DNA of 58,847 nucleotides from a virus (Duplodnaviria; Caudoviricetes): positions 1-58,847 of the IMG/VR virus record IMGVR_UViG_3300044796_000233; one strand, given 5' to 3'. Each line of letters starts with the position of its first letter. Within the stretch, counting starts at the first letter, position 1. Made by a program: the position numbers and the translations under genes. The notes under the pieces were generated by a model. That model saw only the letters and a program-made list of their open reading frames with translations. It did not search any database and had not been told where the DNA came from. Of the stretch, positions 1 to 8,553 are shown piece after piece.

Positions 1-871
1 GATTGGTTTCGTCCCTCTGTATTTTATGATTACGCCTACGTCATTGTTATTGTGGGCGGCGTCGACCTTGGATCCGGCTTCGAGGAATACGCGAGGTACA
101 CCGACTAGCTTGATCGCTCGGCTGATGGTGTACAGAAGGCTGTTGATCTCCATCTGCGTTCCCATAAGCTGTTCTGCTAAGCCCTGAGCCCAGAAGCCCA
201 GGAGGCGGGGGCTGTAGTGGAGGAACACAAACGGGAACTTATCCTTGGTGTACTCGTCGTCGCATAGCAAGCCTTCGCTGCAGGCAATGACATGGCGTCC
301 GTCTTTAGCGTTCTTTCCAGAAGGCAAGTGCCAGCCTTCGACTACCATGACGAGGTCCGACACCGTCTTGGACGAGTCGGCGCTGTTGTCGGGGTAGGCA
401 GCGGAGGCGTTGGTGATCATCGCATCCTTGCCCTCGAACATGTCTTTCAGCACCGAGCGGTCAATGAGCTTCATTTGGTACAGTTGCCGTGGCTCACCGT
501 AGATGCCTTCGTTTGGGTCGGTGAGAAGCTCTGTGAGTAATACGCGGTCGACACCGACTCGATTGTCCGGTGTCTCGTAAATCTTTAAGCAGCCGGTGCC
601 GGTAACAAGCGCGTCGCGAAGGATGGTGGCAGCTTTGTCGTAGGACTTAGTTTGATAGAATTCACCTTGGATGAAGTTATTTAGTTGTTTAGCTAGGCGG
701 CGTTCTTTGTAGTCGCTGTTGTCGGTGAGGAACACCGGGGCTGGGCGGCTTTGACTGATACGACTCACCAGGGTGTCGGCTGCGCTTTGTACTACGTTGA
801 ACGTCGGGCGATCGGCAGGAAGACCGGTGCTTTGGTCTAGCTTCGTCATGTTGCTGCCGATGAAGTTGTAC
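1..871. repeat. Left copy of terminal direct repeat (portal 5' region); allele A
   Basis: Aligns ungapped with 57977-58847; 42 mismatches by manual count, all between positions 88 and 784. Confidence 0.95.
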
Positions 872-1086
872 AGACTTAAATTACCATAAAGCCTAGCATA
901 TATCGCAGTTTGCCTTGTTCGATACGCTTGAGTTTCCTTAAGATAAGCGGCGGTGCTTAGAACCATAGAACAGCGTTCGTTGGCGGAAGAGCCTTTCCAC
1001 CAGCTCCACTGCTGTTTAGACGTTTGTCCACCGCGTGTGCTAAAAGTAACTGATTTCGCAGGGCCTTTGCTGTTTGTTACGCGCAT
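1..1086 (-). CDS. Portal protein, N-terminal part (runs off the window edge; continues as 57140..58847)
   Basis: ATG at 1086 gives MRVTNSKGPAKS...YARLYGNLSLYNFIGSNMTKLDQ, in frame with the 561-aa ORF at the right end; full length ~640 aa. Confidence 0.85.
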   Translation of the reverse strand, partial: MRVTNSKGPAKSVTFSTRGGQTSKQQWSWWKGSSANERCSMVLSTAAYLKETQAYRTRQTAIYARLYGNLSLYNFIGSNMTKLDQSTGLPADRPTFNVVQSAADTLVSRISQSRPAPVFLTDNSDYKERRLAKQLNNFIQGEFYQTKSYDKAATILRDALVTGTGCLKIYETPDNRVGVDRVLLTELLTDPNEGIYGEPRQLYQMKLIDRSVLKDMFEGKDAMITNASAAYPDNSADSSKTVSDLVMVVEGWHLPSGKNAKDGRHVIACSEGLLCDDEYTKDKFPFVFLHYSPRLLGFWAQGLAEQLMGTQMEINSLLYTISRAIKLVGVPRVFLEAGSKVDAAHNNNDVGVIIKYRGTKPI

Positions 1087-1559
1087 TTTCTCCACCCTTC
1101 GTTATCGTAAGTACCGTCGAATTTTGCGCGCTTGCTGCAGTTTTCCGACTCAGTAAGGTATTGGAGATTGCACACTACGTGTAGCCCACACACATTCTCG
1201 CCTTGTAGCGGGATAATATGATCTACCTCCATTCCTTCCGGGCACCATGCGTAGACCTGCTTAAGTTCTTGCATCAGATCCCCGGACATCCACGGCGGGC
1301 ATGCGTTTTGTTTAGCTGCACGATGAGTAGCAGATATTGTCCTGCGCAAATCCAAATGTTCTTTTTCGTAACGTTGCTGAGATGCCCTAGCCTTTTCTTT
1401 GTTTTTGGCGTAATACGCACGTGCTCTAGCCTTAGCTTCCTCTCTGTGAGAGGCGTAATATTTAGCGCAAGACTCTTTGTCTTTTCCAGGATGAGCAGCT
1501 CGGTATTTCCTAGCGTATTCCCGGTAGTATTTTCTAGCAGCGTCTTTGCACTTAAACAT
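1077..1559 (-). CDS. HNH homing endonuclease
   Basis: EVDHIIPLQGENVCGLHVVCNLQYLTESENCSK HNH motif; basic helical N-terminus. Confidence 0.9.
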   Translation of the reverse strand: MFKCKDAARKYYREYARKYRAAHPGKDKESCAKYYASHREEAKARARAYYAKNKEKARASQQRYEKEHLDLRRTISATHRAAKQNACPPWMSGDLMQELKQVYAWCPEGMEVDHIIPLQGENVCGLHVVCNLQYLTESENCSKRAKFDGTYDNEGWRKCA

Positions 1560-1807
1560 TAGGCTTCTCCTGCGCCGGGATCGTTAGGTAAGCCTTGGGA
1601 ACTCCAGAATAAAAGTTCCTCACCAGTGGGGGTGTCGGACTCGAATTTAACATCGGCACCCAGATCGGCGGTTTGGGTAATACGCTTACGGACAACTTTA
1701 GGTGGACTTTCAGCCGTTAGCGTAAACTCTACGTCACCGTGTTTATAGTGGGCGATGCCGGCTGCGCGACAAGCTTTCGCTAGCGCCTTGAGTTCTTTGA
1801 TTGTCAT
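1559..1807 (-). CDS. Hypothetical phage protein
   Basis: 82-aa ORF coupled to neighbours in the terminase-portal interval. Confidence 0.7.
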   Translation of the reverse strand: MTIKELKALAKACRAAGIAHYKHGDVEFTLTAESPPKVVRKRITQTADLGADVKFESDTPTGEELLFWSSQGLPNDPGAGEA

Positions 1808-1816
1808 AAAGAAAAC

Positions 1817-2716
1817 TTATTTCTTTTTGGCTTTACGTTTGATTTGTCCCACGATGCTGTCGTCGTGATCGTCTTCGGCGTCCTTTTCACGTTCGTCACC
1901 GTGTTCGTTGGAGTCCATAGGTTGCTCATCCAACTGGTCTAGGTCGTACTGCTCTTTCTTCAGAGCGTCGTAGCTCAGGTCGTCCTCGGTGTTTTCGTGC
2001 TCTTCGCTGTTGGCTTCCAGATCGACCATCCCACCGTCGGCCATTTTCTTGCGCTTAATGGTTTCAAAGACGTCATAGCCGGGGCTCATATCGTCTTCTT
2101 CACCGGGGGCTAGACCGCCGGCCACGCCGCCCATGGCCATCTTGTCGCCCATGTACTCTTCCATCGAAGGGCGTGGAGCCATGTACCCAGCCGCTGCTAG
2201 TTCAGTCGCATGCCTACGGAGCATGTCCTCGGCAGTCTCACCGGTGTGCGGGGCTTCCTCATCGAGACCGGGCACTGGTCCGCCAGCTGCCATAGGTTCT
2301 GGAAGTTTCTCACCGTATGGCCCTGGTGCTAGGGCCATCAAATGCTGCTCTTTTTCGAACAGGTCACGGTCATTGACTTTATGACCAGCGATAGGAAGTG
2401 GTGCTGGGCGTTGGCCCTGCTTAATGGACATGTTCTTGCCGAACTTCTGCCAAGTATCGTCGGTCCAGTCAGCCGATTCTAGAGGTTTCTTGCCTTTGTT
2501 GTGAGCTACGGAGGCGGCGTCGTTAAACGTCTCGTCCGGCATTGGTCGCTTTTCTTCTTTGGCGGACTCTACGTTGCCTCCGGCTGCCATTTTCTTGGGT
2601 TTTTTCTTAATGCTGTAGCTAATTGCCAAAGCTTGGTCCTGCGGTTTCCCTGCAGAAATTTCCGTCTTAACGTTATGTTTAAAGGCTTTTTTTGATTTAG
2701 ACTGAAATAGCGGCAT
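1817..2716 (-). CDS. Putative virion/internal protein with MAxGG repeats and acidic tail
   Basis: N-terminus MPLFQSKSKKAFKHNVKTEISAGKPQDQALAIS resembles a common small phage motif; four MA(A/M/D)GG repeats. Confidence 0.7.
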   Translation of the reverse strand: MPLFQSKSKKAFKHNVKTEISAGKPQDQALAISYSIKKKPKKMAAGGNVESAKEEKRPMPDETFNDAASVAHNKGKKPLESADWTDDTWQKFGKNMSIKQGQRPAPLPIAGHKVNDRDLFEKEQHLMALAPGPYGEKLPEPMAAGGPVPGLDEEAPHTGETAEDMLRRHATELAAAGYMAPRPSMEEYMGDKMAMGGVAGGLAPGEEDDMSPGYDVFETIKRKKMADGGMVDLEANSEEHENTEDDLSYDALKKEQYDLDQLDEQPMDSNEHGDEREKDAEDDHDDSIVGQIKRKAKKK

Positions 2717-3206
2717 TTTGTTCCTCCAGAACTTCTCTGTAGTTCTTTAAATAAGTAATAGCACTTTGTAAAAATTCAATATTCTCGTCGAACATTCCGA
2801 TTCCTCTGTTGCATTTGCTGCAGAGTACCCCTCGGATATGTCCTAATTTATGATCATGATCCAAAGCTAGTTCTCTAATTTTATTGGATCTTTTATCGAT
2901 AATAGTTTCTGGTTTGTCACAGATAGCGCATCTGTTATTCCACAGTTTTATAAGAGCATCTTTATCGATAATAGTTTCTGGTTTGTCACAGATAGCGCAT
3001 CTGTTATTCCACAGTTTTATAAGAGCATCTTTATCCTCTCCAGTAATACCGTGTTTTTTCACTAACTTAGCGCTACGGGCTTTGACTTTACAGCAGGCTT
3101 TCTTATGACAGGACTTGCATCTACCGATAAGACCGTCTTTCGACTTCTTGCTTTTGTAGAAATCTTCCAGTGGTCTTGATTGTTTGCACACGGAGCAGGT
3201 CTTCAT
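2697..3206 (-). CDS. Endonuclease VII-family homing endonuclease with internal 23-aa duplication
   Basis: CxxC zinc motifs, CAIC, LALDHDH...RGVLCSKCNRGIGMF. Confidence 0.9.
   Translation of the reverse strand: MKTCSVCKQSRPLEDFYKSKKSKDGLIGRCKSCHKKACCKVKARSAKLVKKHGITGEDKDALIKLWNNRCAICDKPETIIDKDALIKLWNNRCAICDKPETIIDKRSNKIRELALDHDHKLGHIRGVLCSKCNRGIGMFDENIEFLQSAITYLKNYREVLEEQNAAISV
2892..3035. repeat. Perfect 69-bp tandem duplication (2892-2960, 2961-3029) with TTTATC microhomology
   Basis: Two identical units encoding KDALIKLWNNRCAICDKPETIID. Confidence 0.95.
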
Positions 3207-3207
3207 A

Positions 3208-3606
3208 TTAAATATTGGCGGTTAAAAGAAATTGGTTGATTGCCACGTCAGTCTTAATGACGTTGGCGAGGGCGTCGTTAGCCGTTGACGAGGTAAGAGC
3301 AACGACAATGGCATCGTTAGCGGCACACGTTAGCTGGAACGTAAACCGCACCGCCTTGGCATGCGTGGTCAATGCCGGTGCGGTGTAGACCGTAGTGCCG
3401 TTCTGCGTGACAATAATCGTAGCTCCAGAGGTCACACCGGGGGTCCAGCTGTAGGTGCCAACACCGGCGCCGCCACTCGAGTGCCCCGGTGTAGGAGTCA
3501 CCGTACATTCGACTTGGATATTATAGATCCCGGCACTGGCGACGGTGTTAGTAAAAGAGTTCAACCCTACGAAACTACGAACTTTACCCGTAATAGGAAT
3601 AGACAT
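3208..3606 (-). CDS. Putative structural (beta-rich, decoration-like) protein
   Basis: Thr/Ala/Val/Gly-rich 132-aa ORF downstream of the late-type motif at 4085. Confidence 0.55.
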   Translation of the reverse strand: MSIPITGKVRSFVGLNSFTNTVASAGIYNIQVECTVTPTPGHSSGGAGVGTYSWTPGVTSGATIIVTQNGTTVYTAPALTTHAKAVRFTFQLTCAANDAIVVALTSSTANDALANVIKTDVAINQFLLTANI

Positions 3607-3609
3607 TAT

Positions 3610-3810
3610 TCAGCCTGCTTTCTTTCTGTAAGCATTAGGGTTACATTTCAAGGGTATAACCGTCGCTTCTGAGTAATCTTTCTCCAAATAACAAATTGCT
3701 CTTTTTAAGTTTTCAATGTTATGTTCACTTAGTCCGTCAGAAGTGTTTTCCTTTCTTGGCGAGAACTCCTTGTTGTCTTTAGCAATTTTACATGAAAAAC
3801 AATGTTTCAT
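3610..3810 (-). pseudogene. Internally deleted endonuclease VII-type homing endonuclease remnant
   Basis: N-terminal CxxC...DGL fused directly to C-terminal EHNIENLKRAICYLE; catalytic DH..RGLLC..CN core absent. Confidence 0.7.
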
Positions 3811-4076
3811 GTCGCAGCCTTCTCATTCATAGACTCAAAAGACTCTCCGGAGGGATTAGACTCCTCATGCGGTTCAGAGTCGCAGATTGCAAACGCTGCT
3901 TTAAGCGCAGAGGCAATGCCTGCAGGGTCCTTAGCGGCGATAGCGCGCATTAGGTCTTCGGCGCAGGCGTGTAGGCCTTCGTCGGAGTCTTGTTCCTCTT
4001 CTTGGGAACCGTCGGATTTACGGGTACTTACGATAACACCGGTTTGCGGCTTAGGTTTTAACCAAGGAAGTGGCAT
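3807..4076 (-). CDS. Hypothetical acidic protein
   Basis: 89-aa ORF with GAGG RBS directly after the ACCACACT motif. Confidence 0.75.
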   Translation of the reverse strand: MPLPWLKPKPQTGVIVSTRKSDGSQEEEQDSDEGLHACAEDLMRAIAAKDPAGIASALKAAFAICDSEPHEESNPSGESFESMNEKAAT

Positions 4077-4084
4077 TTTTAGTC

Positions 4085-4099
4085 CTCACTAGTGTGGTT
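4085..4099 (-). promoter_or_regulatory. Putative late-promoter motif AACCACACTAGTGAG within an RBS-occluding hairpin
   Basis: Motif recurs at 37795, 44039, 49889 and 56363; flanked by TCCTCAC/GTGAGGA inverted repeat. Confidence 0.6.
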
Positions 4100-4161
4100 C
4101 CGTGAGGATTATGTAAATTTATGTTGCTTTATTACCGATTATTATGCTTTTTTACCCATTA

Positions 4162-5586
4162 TTAGTCGTCCCATTGCCGACTTAGCTCGGCCTCTTTCGA
4201 GAAGTGGGATTGTGCTGCCTCCCACATCTCCTGGGATTGCTGCTCAGCCCACTCCTTGGACCCATAGGCCGGAGCTTGTACCTTGGCTTGGTAAGCGAAT
4301 GCCGGGCTTTCCACGAAGGCATATAGCACCGCGTCGATGATATCGCTATGGGGTTGTTTCTTAACTACAATCTTATCCGGTGTAGATGCTTCCCAGTCTA
4401 TCTGCACAAGATACGAGTCCTGAGCAAATCGACTAGCACTCTTGGCTTTAAATCTACCGGTACGTAGGGCGTCATTGAGGAAGGCTACGTGTTCCTGTTT
4501 GCGGTGCTTGTCTGCCGCCTGCACCGGTATGCCGCGGCGTCTTCTAAGCTCTTCTGCCATCTTTTTACCGAGACCGCCTTCGTCGCATACTATCTTGTCA
4601 GGGTTATATCTTTTTATTACGTCTTCTATCTGTTCTGCCACTGCAGTAATGTCTTGTTTAGCGACTACCTTTTCTTCTACAAGATAAGTTTCTTTTGTCG
4701 TATCCGACCAAGCCAGAACAGCTATGGCATCAGCATCTTTAAAACCAAAGTCAACTCCTACTATGTAGTTCCACTTGTCCGGTGTAATCACCGGGAGTTG
4801 CGTGAAGTGATTTTTATTAGCCTCATATTGTATCCAAAGGCTTTTTTGATCTAACACCCACTCATTTCTGTATTCACGTCTAAGAGTAGGATTGTTCTCA
4901 TCCCACTCCCGCTTCTGCATAAGATCTGTGATGAATCCTTTCGGATCCGGCATGTAAGGATTGCTTAAAAGTGTCCACTTGTGGAGAGAGTATCCGTATT
5001 TTCCTTTTTGTGTCACGTCGAAGAAATAGCCATTTGGAACTGGTCCAGGAGTTCCGGTGAGAGCCAGCCAACCGTCTTCGTAGTCGGCTATTGCCGGCGT
5101 AAGTACGTCTTCCACAAGAGATTGCAAATGAACTGACATATCTTGCGCTTCATCGATTGCAACACCGGGGAATTTCCGTCCTCTCAATCTCTTAATGAAA
5201 TTCGACATATCTGCTCCGTAGAGCTTTAGCTGCGCACCGTTGGGGTGGGTCATAGTCAGGTTCGAAGGTACAAACGTGCATCCTAACTTATGCTTTTCGT
5301 TTAGCTCTTGTAAAACAGGCCATACAATGTCCCTTGCCGAATCTCGAGTAAGCGCTAGGTACACACACTGGGAGCGTGGGTACTTGGCCATAGTCTCAAA
5401 GAATCGCAGCGCTAATCCGTTAGTCTTACCGGAGCGACGAGAGCACTGGGCGGCGACGAATCTGCTGTTGTCATGAACAAATGCATTTTGTTCCGGGAAG
5501 TCAGCTCGTAATTCAAGAGGCTTTACTTCTAACGTCGCTCTTTTAATTATAGCTTTTTTGGCACCTCCCCTAGTCAGCATTGGCAA
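4162..5586 (-). CDS. terL: Terminase large subunit
   Basis: Walker A SRRSGKT, Walker B VAIDEAQ, coupling motif TGTP, nuclease GVDFG and HSDIIDA. Confidence 0.93.
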   Translation of the reverse strand: MPMLTRGGAKKAIIKRATLEVKPLELRADFPEQNAFVHDNSRFVAAQCSRRSGKTNGLALRFFETMAKYPRSQCVYLALTRDSARDIVWPVLQELNEKHKLGCTFVPSNLTMTHPNGAQLKLYGADMSNFIKRLRGRKFPGVAIDEAQDMSVHLQSLVEDVLTPAIADYEDGWLALTGTPGPVPNGYFFDVTQKGKYGYSLHKWTLLSNPYMPDPKGFITDLMQKREWDENNPTLRREYRNEWVLDQKSLWIQYEANKNHFTQLPVITPDKWNYIVGVDFGFKDADAIAVLAWSDTTKETYLVEEKVVAKQDITAVAEQIEDVIKRYNPDKIVCDEGGLGKKMAEELRRRRGIPVQAADKHRKQEHVAFLNDALRTGRFKAKSASRFAQDSYLVQIDWEASTPDKIVVKKQPHSDIIDAVLYAFVESPAFAYQAKVQAPAYGSKEWAEQQSQEMWEAAQSHFSKEAELSRQWDD

Positions 5587-5866
5587 TTTTCTCTAATTCT
5601 TCATCTGTCATCTTATTCAGGATATCGTCTTCTTTTTCCTTTAATTCCTGCAGTAGTACCATTAGGTCTTTAAGGTTCTGCACGTCTGATCGTTCTAATA
5701 CCCCGTGGACAGATCTCTCAACGATATGTCTCATGGTACGCTCTATCGCTAGAAGACCCTTATTCAAAAGGCTATCAATAGATACATCAGTACGAGATGG
5801 AACCGGCTCAGGTTTTGGGACTTCTACCTTCACGTACTGTCCTTTGGAATCTTTTATATACGTCAT
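5570..5866 (-). CDS. Putative terminase small subunit
   Basis: 98-aa helical ORF overlapping the terL start; C-terminal MTDEELEKI typical of small subunits. Confidence 0.6.
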   Translation of the reverse strand: MTYIKDSKGQYVKVEVPKPEPVPSRTDVSIDSLLNKGLLAIERTMRHIVERSVHGVLERSDVQNLKDLMVLLQELKEKEDDILNKMTDEELEKIANAD

Positions 5867-5973
5867 AATTTACGGTACCCCGGTCGGGTAGGTGTCCACA
5901 GTACACACGACTTTTGCCCATCCTCCTCGAGCCGGCGTCGACACGGCTTGCGTTCGGACGAGGTACCTTCCTG

Positions 5974-6246
5974 TTAGGCGCTCTTAACTACTTTCACCGG
6001 TGGGATCTTCTCCGGTTCCAACATAACGGATGCTACGTTAGAAGCCCCGACGATGTAGCGCTTACGAAGTCCCTCCGAATCCCAAGTGAGTAAGATCGCA
6101 CCAGAATCTAGGTAGGTCATCTCAAGATTCTTCAGAAGTGTCGATTCTGGTGGCATCGTATCCTTGGTGTTGAGACTCTTACCGGGTCCGCCGGCGTTAG
6201 GGATAAAAAGACCAGAATGAAGCTTTGCAAACGTGATCTTAGACAC
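5974..6246 (-). CDS. Hypothetical protein
   Basis: 90-aa ORF in a coupled operon. Confidence 0.7.
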   Translation of the reverse strand: MSKITFAKLHSGLFIPNAGGPGKSLNTKDTMPPESTLLKNLEMTYLDSGAILLTWDSEGLRKRYIVGASNVASVMLEPEKIPPVKVVKSA

Positions 6247-6442
6247 TGGTCACCTCCGGCGCCGCCGCTTCTGCTTTCGCCTCAGCTTGAGCCTTCAATC
6301 CCTCGGTGTTTAGGTCCCGAATTTGTTCATTCAACAGAGCGAGATCCGCCTTAAGTTGAAAAATTTGGAACTGGACATAACCAGCTTTGGTGCTGGCGTT
6401 CCGGAAGTCATTTTCGATTTCTGCTACAGTGCGTTTAGTCAC
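6239..6442 (-). CDS. Hypothetical coiled-coil protein
   Basis: 67-aa ORF with overlapping start/stop codons. Confidence 0.65.
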   Translation of the reverse strand: MTKRTVAEIENDFRNASTKAGYVQFQIFQLKADLALLNEQIRDLNTEGLKAQAEAKAEAAAPEVTSV

Positions 6443-6750
6443 TTTCTATTTCTCCAGTAATGCGGTTTATACTCTTCGTTTGTGAATTTAACTCCTGCCT
6501 TGCGAAGAGCAGCAAGACAAATAGCTATCGGTAAAGAATCATTAGCAGCCCAATAAGGGCCGCTGAATGAAAATTGTACGAACCAAGAAGGTTCGTTGTC
6601 GTAGTGAGGGTTAGAGTAGTTGATGGTGACTCCTTCTTTTTTATGAAGTAACTGCAGTAGCCCTATAGCTGCACCCACGTCCCCGGTGTAGTCCTTACTT
6701 TCACCGGTGATGGTGTCGCTTATAAGCTTGTTGATTTCGTCAGTGTTCAT
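6439..6750 (-). CDS. Phage ABA-sandwich-like domain protein
   Basis: EINKLI...DYTGDVGAA...SLPIAICLAAL pattern. Confidence 0.65.
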   Translation of the reverse strand: MNTDEINKLISDTITGESKDYTGDVGAAIGLLQLLHKKEGVTINYSNPHYDNEPSWFVQFSFSGPYWAANDSLPIAICLAALRKAGVKFTNEEYKPHYWRNRK

Positions 6751-7169
6751 AGAAGAAAAGGATTGTAGCTACAAGATTCAGGTTTTAGAGATCTGCCAAT
6801 TTTTGTCAGGTGCGTGCAGAAGGAGAAGGACAGAGGTACTAGGCTCTTAGCAATGCCGATATGTCTCCAAGCACTTTTTACGAACACGTAGTCGAGCACC
6901 GTAGTGCCTCCTGCTTCACGATAAATTACGTAACCCAAAATAGTACCTGGATCTTCCTTAAGACAGGCTACCCTCACCGTGGTGCTTGGGCATGCTAGTA
7001 GTTTCTCAACCACACCGTGGTAGTTGGACATGAAAAGTGATTTGTCCATCTCTGAGAATGCGGTTTCCCCGTAGTAGAGTCCGCGGAGCATGGTCGCTAG
7101 GATAAAGTTTTTATCATCCAGGACTCCATTGCGGATGGCGATTAAGTCCGCTTTATTTAACTGCTCCAT
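6747..7169 (-). CDS. GNAT-family acetyltransferase
   Basis: ILGYVIY...LDYVFVKSAWRHIGIAKSL acetyl-CoA-binding motif A. Confidence 0.75.
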   Translation of the reverse strand: MEQLNKADLIAIRNGVLDDKNFILATMLRGLYYGETAFSEMDKSLFMSNYHGVVEKLLACPSTTVRVACLKEDPGTILGYVIYREAGGTTVLDYVFVKSAWRHIGIAKSLVPLSFSFCTHLTKIGRSLKPESCSYNPFLL

Positions 7170-7585
7170 AGTTGTCCTATCATAATCTTAGTGAGTTTTT
7201 TTACAGTCTCATGTACTATTGAGGTTTTTACTCTGAATCCTTGTTTTGATAACCTTTTCACGATATCCGGTGAGAACAATCCTTCTGCGTGAAGTTCCCA
7301 GATTCTTCGGTCTCGCTCTACTTCGAAAGGGTAGTTATGAAGGAAGTGCCCGGCTAGGCGGTAATACTCTTCCTTCGATGTTTGACCGCCATTTTGAACA
7401 GAATGTGATTTTCTGGCGAAGTGAAAAGAGTGCCACTGCTTAAGATTTCCGTCTTCTTGTTCGATATTTTCTACGCCTGATTTCTCTAGCTTCTTATTCC
7501 ACTCTCTAGATAGCTTTTGACAGTGCTTACACCCCTTGGTGATGTTACTGTGGTTGCACTTCATTCGCTGCCTTCTGCGCCGCAA
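7157..7585 (-). CDS. Putative transcription factor with C-terminal sigma-region-4/LuxR-like HTH (likely start 7564)
   Basis: RDRRIWELHAEGLFSPDIVKRL...IVHETVKKL; N-terminal Cys/His cluster. Confidence 0.5.
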   Translation of the reverse strand: MRRRRQRMKCNHSNITKGCKHCQKLSREWNKKLEKSGVENIEQEDGNLKQWHSFHFARKSHSVQNGGQTSKEEYYRLAGHFLHNYPFEVERDRRIWELHAEGLFSPDIVKRLSKQGFRVKTSIVHETVKKLTKIMIGQLWSS

Positions 7586-7868
7586 ACTGCCGTTGCTTTA
7601 TCTCCTGGAAAGCATTACCAGCTATTTGCTTTGCAGCTACGGCACGAATAGCCCTCACCATGCGATACTTAGAGCACCGGTGTTTGAGGGGTCCAAATCT
7701 TAGGATTTCTCCGGCAATGACAAATTTAACGTCGTCTTTACTGGAGGTAGGTAGGGAGTAGGTAGACATTAAGGCGTCTACCCACTCCTCGAAGGCTGGT
7801 ACTCCTTGGGGAAGAGGAGCAGGAAACAGCCCAAGAAACTTATTTAAATAACGTGTCCAAGTGTTCAT
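7545..7868 (-). CDS. Hypothetical protein (probably leaderless)
   Basis: 107-aa ORF starting 6 nt after the -10 box of a TTGACA promoter. Confidence 0.7.
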   Translation of the reverse strand: MNTWTRYLNKFLGLFPAPLPQGVPAFEEWVDALMSTYSLPTSSKDDVKFVIAGEILRFGPLKHRCSKYRMVRAIRAVAAKQIAGNAFQEIKQRQFAAQKAANEVQPQ

Positions 7869-7874
7869 ATGTCA

Positions 7875-7902
7875 AATATGACACTTGGTTAAGAATTGTC
7901 AA
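7875..7902 (-). promoter_or_regulatory. Sigma70-like promoter TTGACA-N16-CATATT
   Basis: Consensus -35 with AT-rich upstream tract. Confidence 0.55.
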
Positions 7903-7929
7903 TACAAATTATTAATTTTTATTCCACTA

Positions 7930-8439
7930 TTATCTCCAATACTTAAGGATGATTGTTCGGATTAGTTTTTCTTGCTTGATACGGTCGGCGACGAGGGCGG
8001 CGAAGAAGGCGGCGTCGTAGGCGGCGTCGTAGGCGTTGCAGGCGGCGGCGCTGGCGGCGAGGGCGGCGGCGTTGGCGGCGTCGTAGGCGGCGTAGGAGGC
8101 GTTGCAGGCGGCGGCGCTGGCGGCGAGGGCGGCGGCGTAGGCGGTGTCCTTATCTCCTTTTCTCGCTGCTTCAATAGCTTTCCGTGGCCTGCTATCGTTA
8201 GGATAGGCATTCTCAAATACATGTAAAACGCTCTCGGCGATGTCAGCAGCTGCTAGTACTACCTTTTCCGTTGGCATCAACCGAACCGCTACCCAAATCT
8301 TATCGGCATGCGTTATATGTTTCAATCCCATGAATTGCCGATACGTAAAGCTACGGTGACCGTAGCGCTTCAGATAATTTTCCCATCGATTGCTACAAGG
8401 CTTCAGTTTCTCAATCACATTTTTATTTATCATAGTCAC
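7930..8439 (-). CDS. Imm5-like protein with Ala-rich variable core, paralog 1 (likely start 8433)
   Basis: DKIWVAVRL...AADIAESVLHVFENAYPNDSRPRKAIEAAR + (A/Y/N/D)-rich repeat + KQEKLIRTIILKYWR. Confidence 0.8.
   Translation of the reverse strand: MTMINKNVIEKLKPCSNRWENYLKRYGHRSFTYRQFMGLKHITHADKIWVAVRLMPTEKVVLAAADIAESVLHVFENAYPNDSRPRKAIEAARKGDKDTAYAAALAASAAACNASYAAYDAANAAALAASAAACNAYDAAYDAAFFAALVADRIKQEKLIRTIILKYWR
7984..8148 (-). repeat. NNC-only GCC-based variable tract, paralog 1 (55 of 55 codons end in C)
   Basis: Reads as uninterrupted GNN triplets on the + strand. Confidence 0.95.
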
Positions 8440-8442
8440 TCC

Positions 8443-8553
8443 TTAGTTATCGATATTATGTAAGATCTCTATGAACATAGCTCTCCCATACACGGTGATA
8501 AACCACGTCTCGGTGTATTCGAATATATCGTCGTAGATTTGTTCGTCAAACAT
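8443..8553 (-). CDS. Small hypothetical protein (36 aa, MFDEQIYDDIFEY...)
   Basis: ATG overlaps the upstream stop (TAATG); ends just before the RBS of paralog 1. Confidence 0.5.
   Translation of the reverse strand: MFDEQIYDDIFEYTETWFITVYGRAMFIEILHNIDN

Noticed and set aside
5870-5970. c-di-GMP-I riboswitch (GGGCAAA, ACGCAAGCC and GGGGTACCG fragments)
   Set aside because: Elements are in the wrong order and the GNRA/receptor architecture is not evident; kept only as a generic structured leader.
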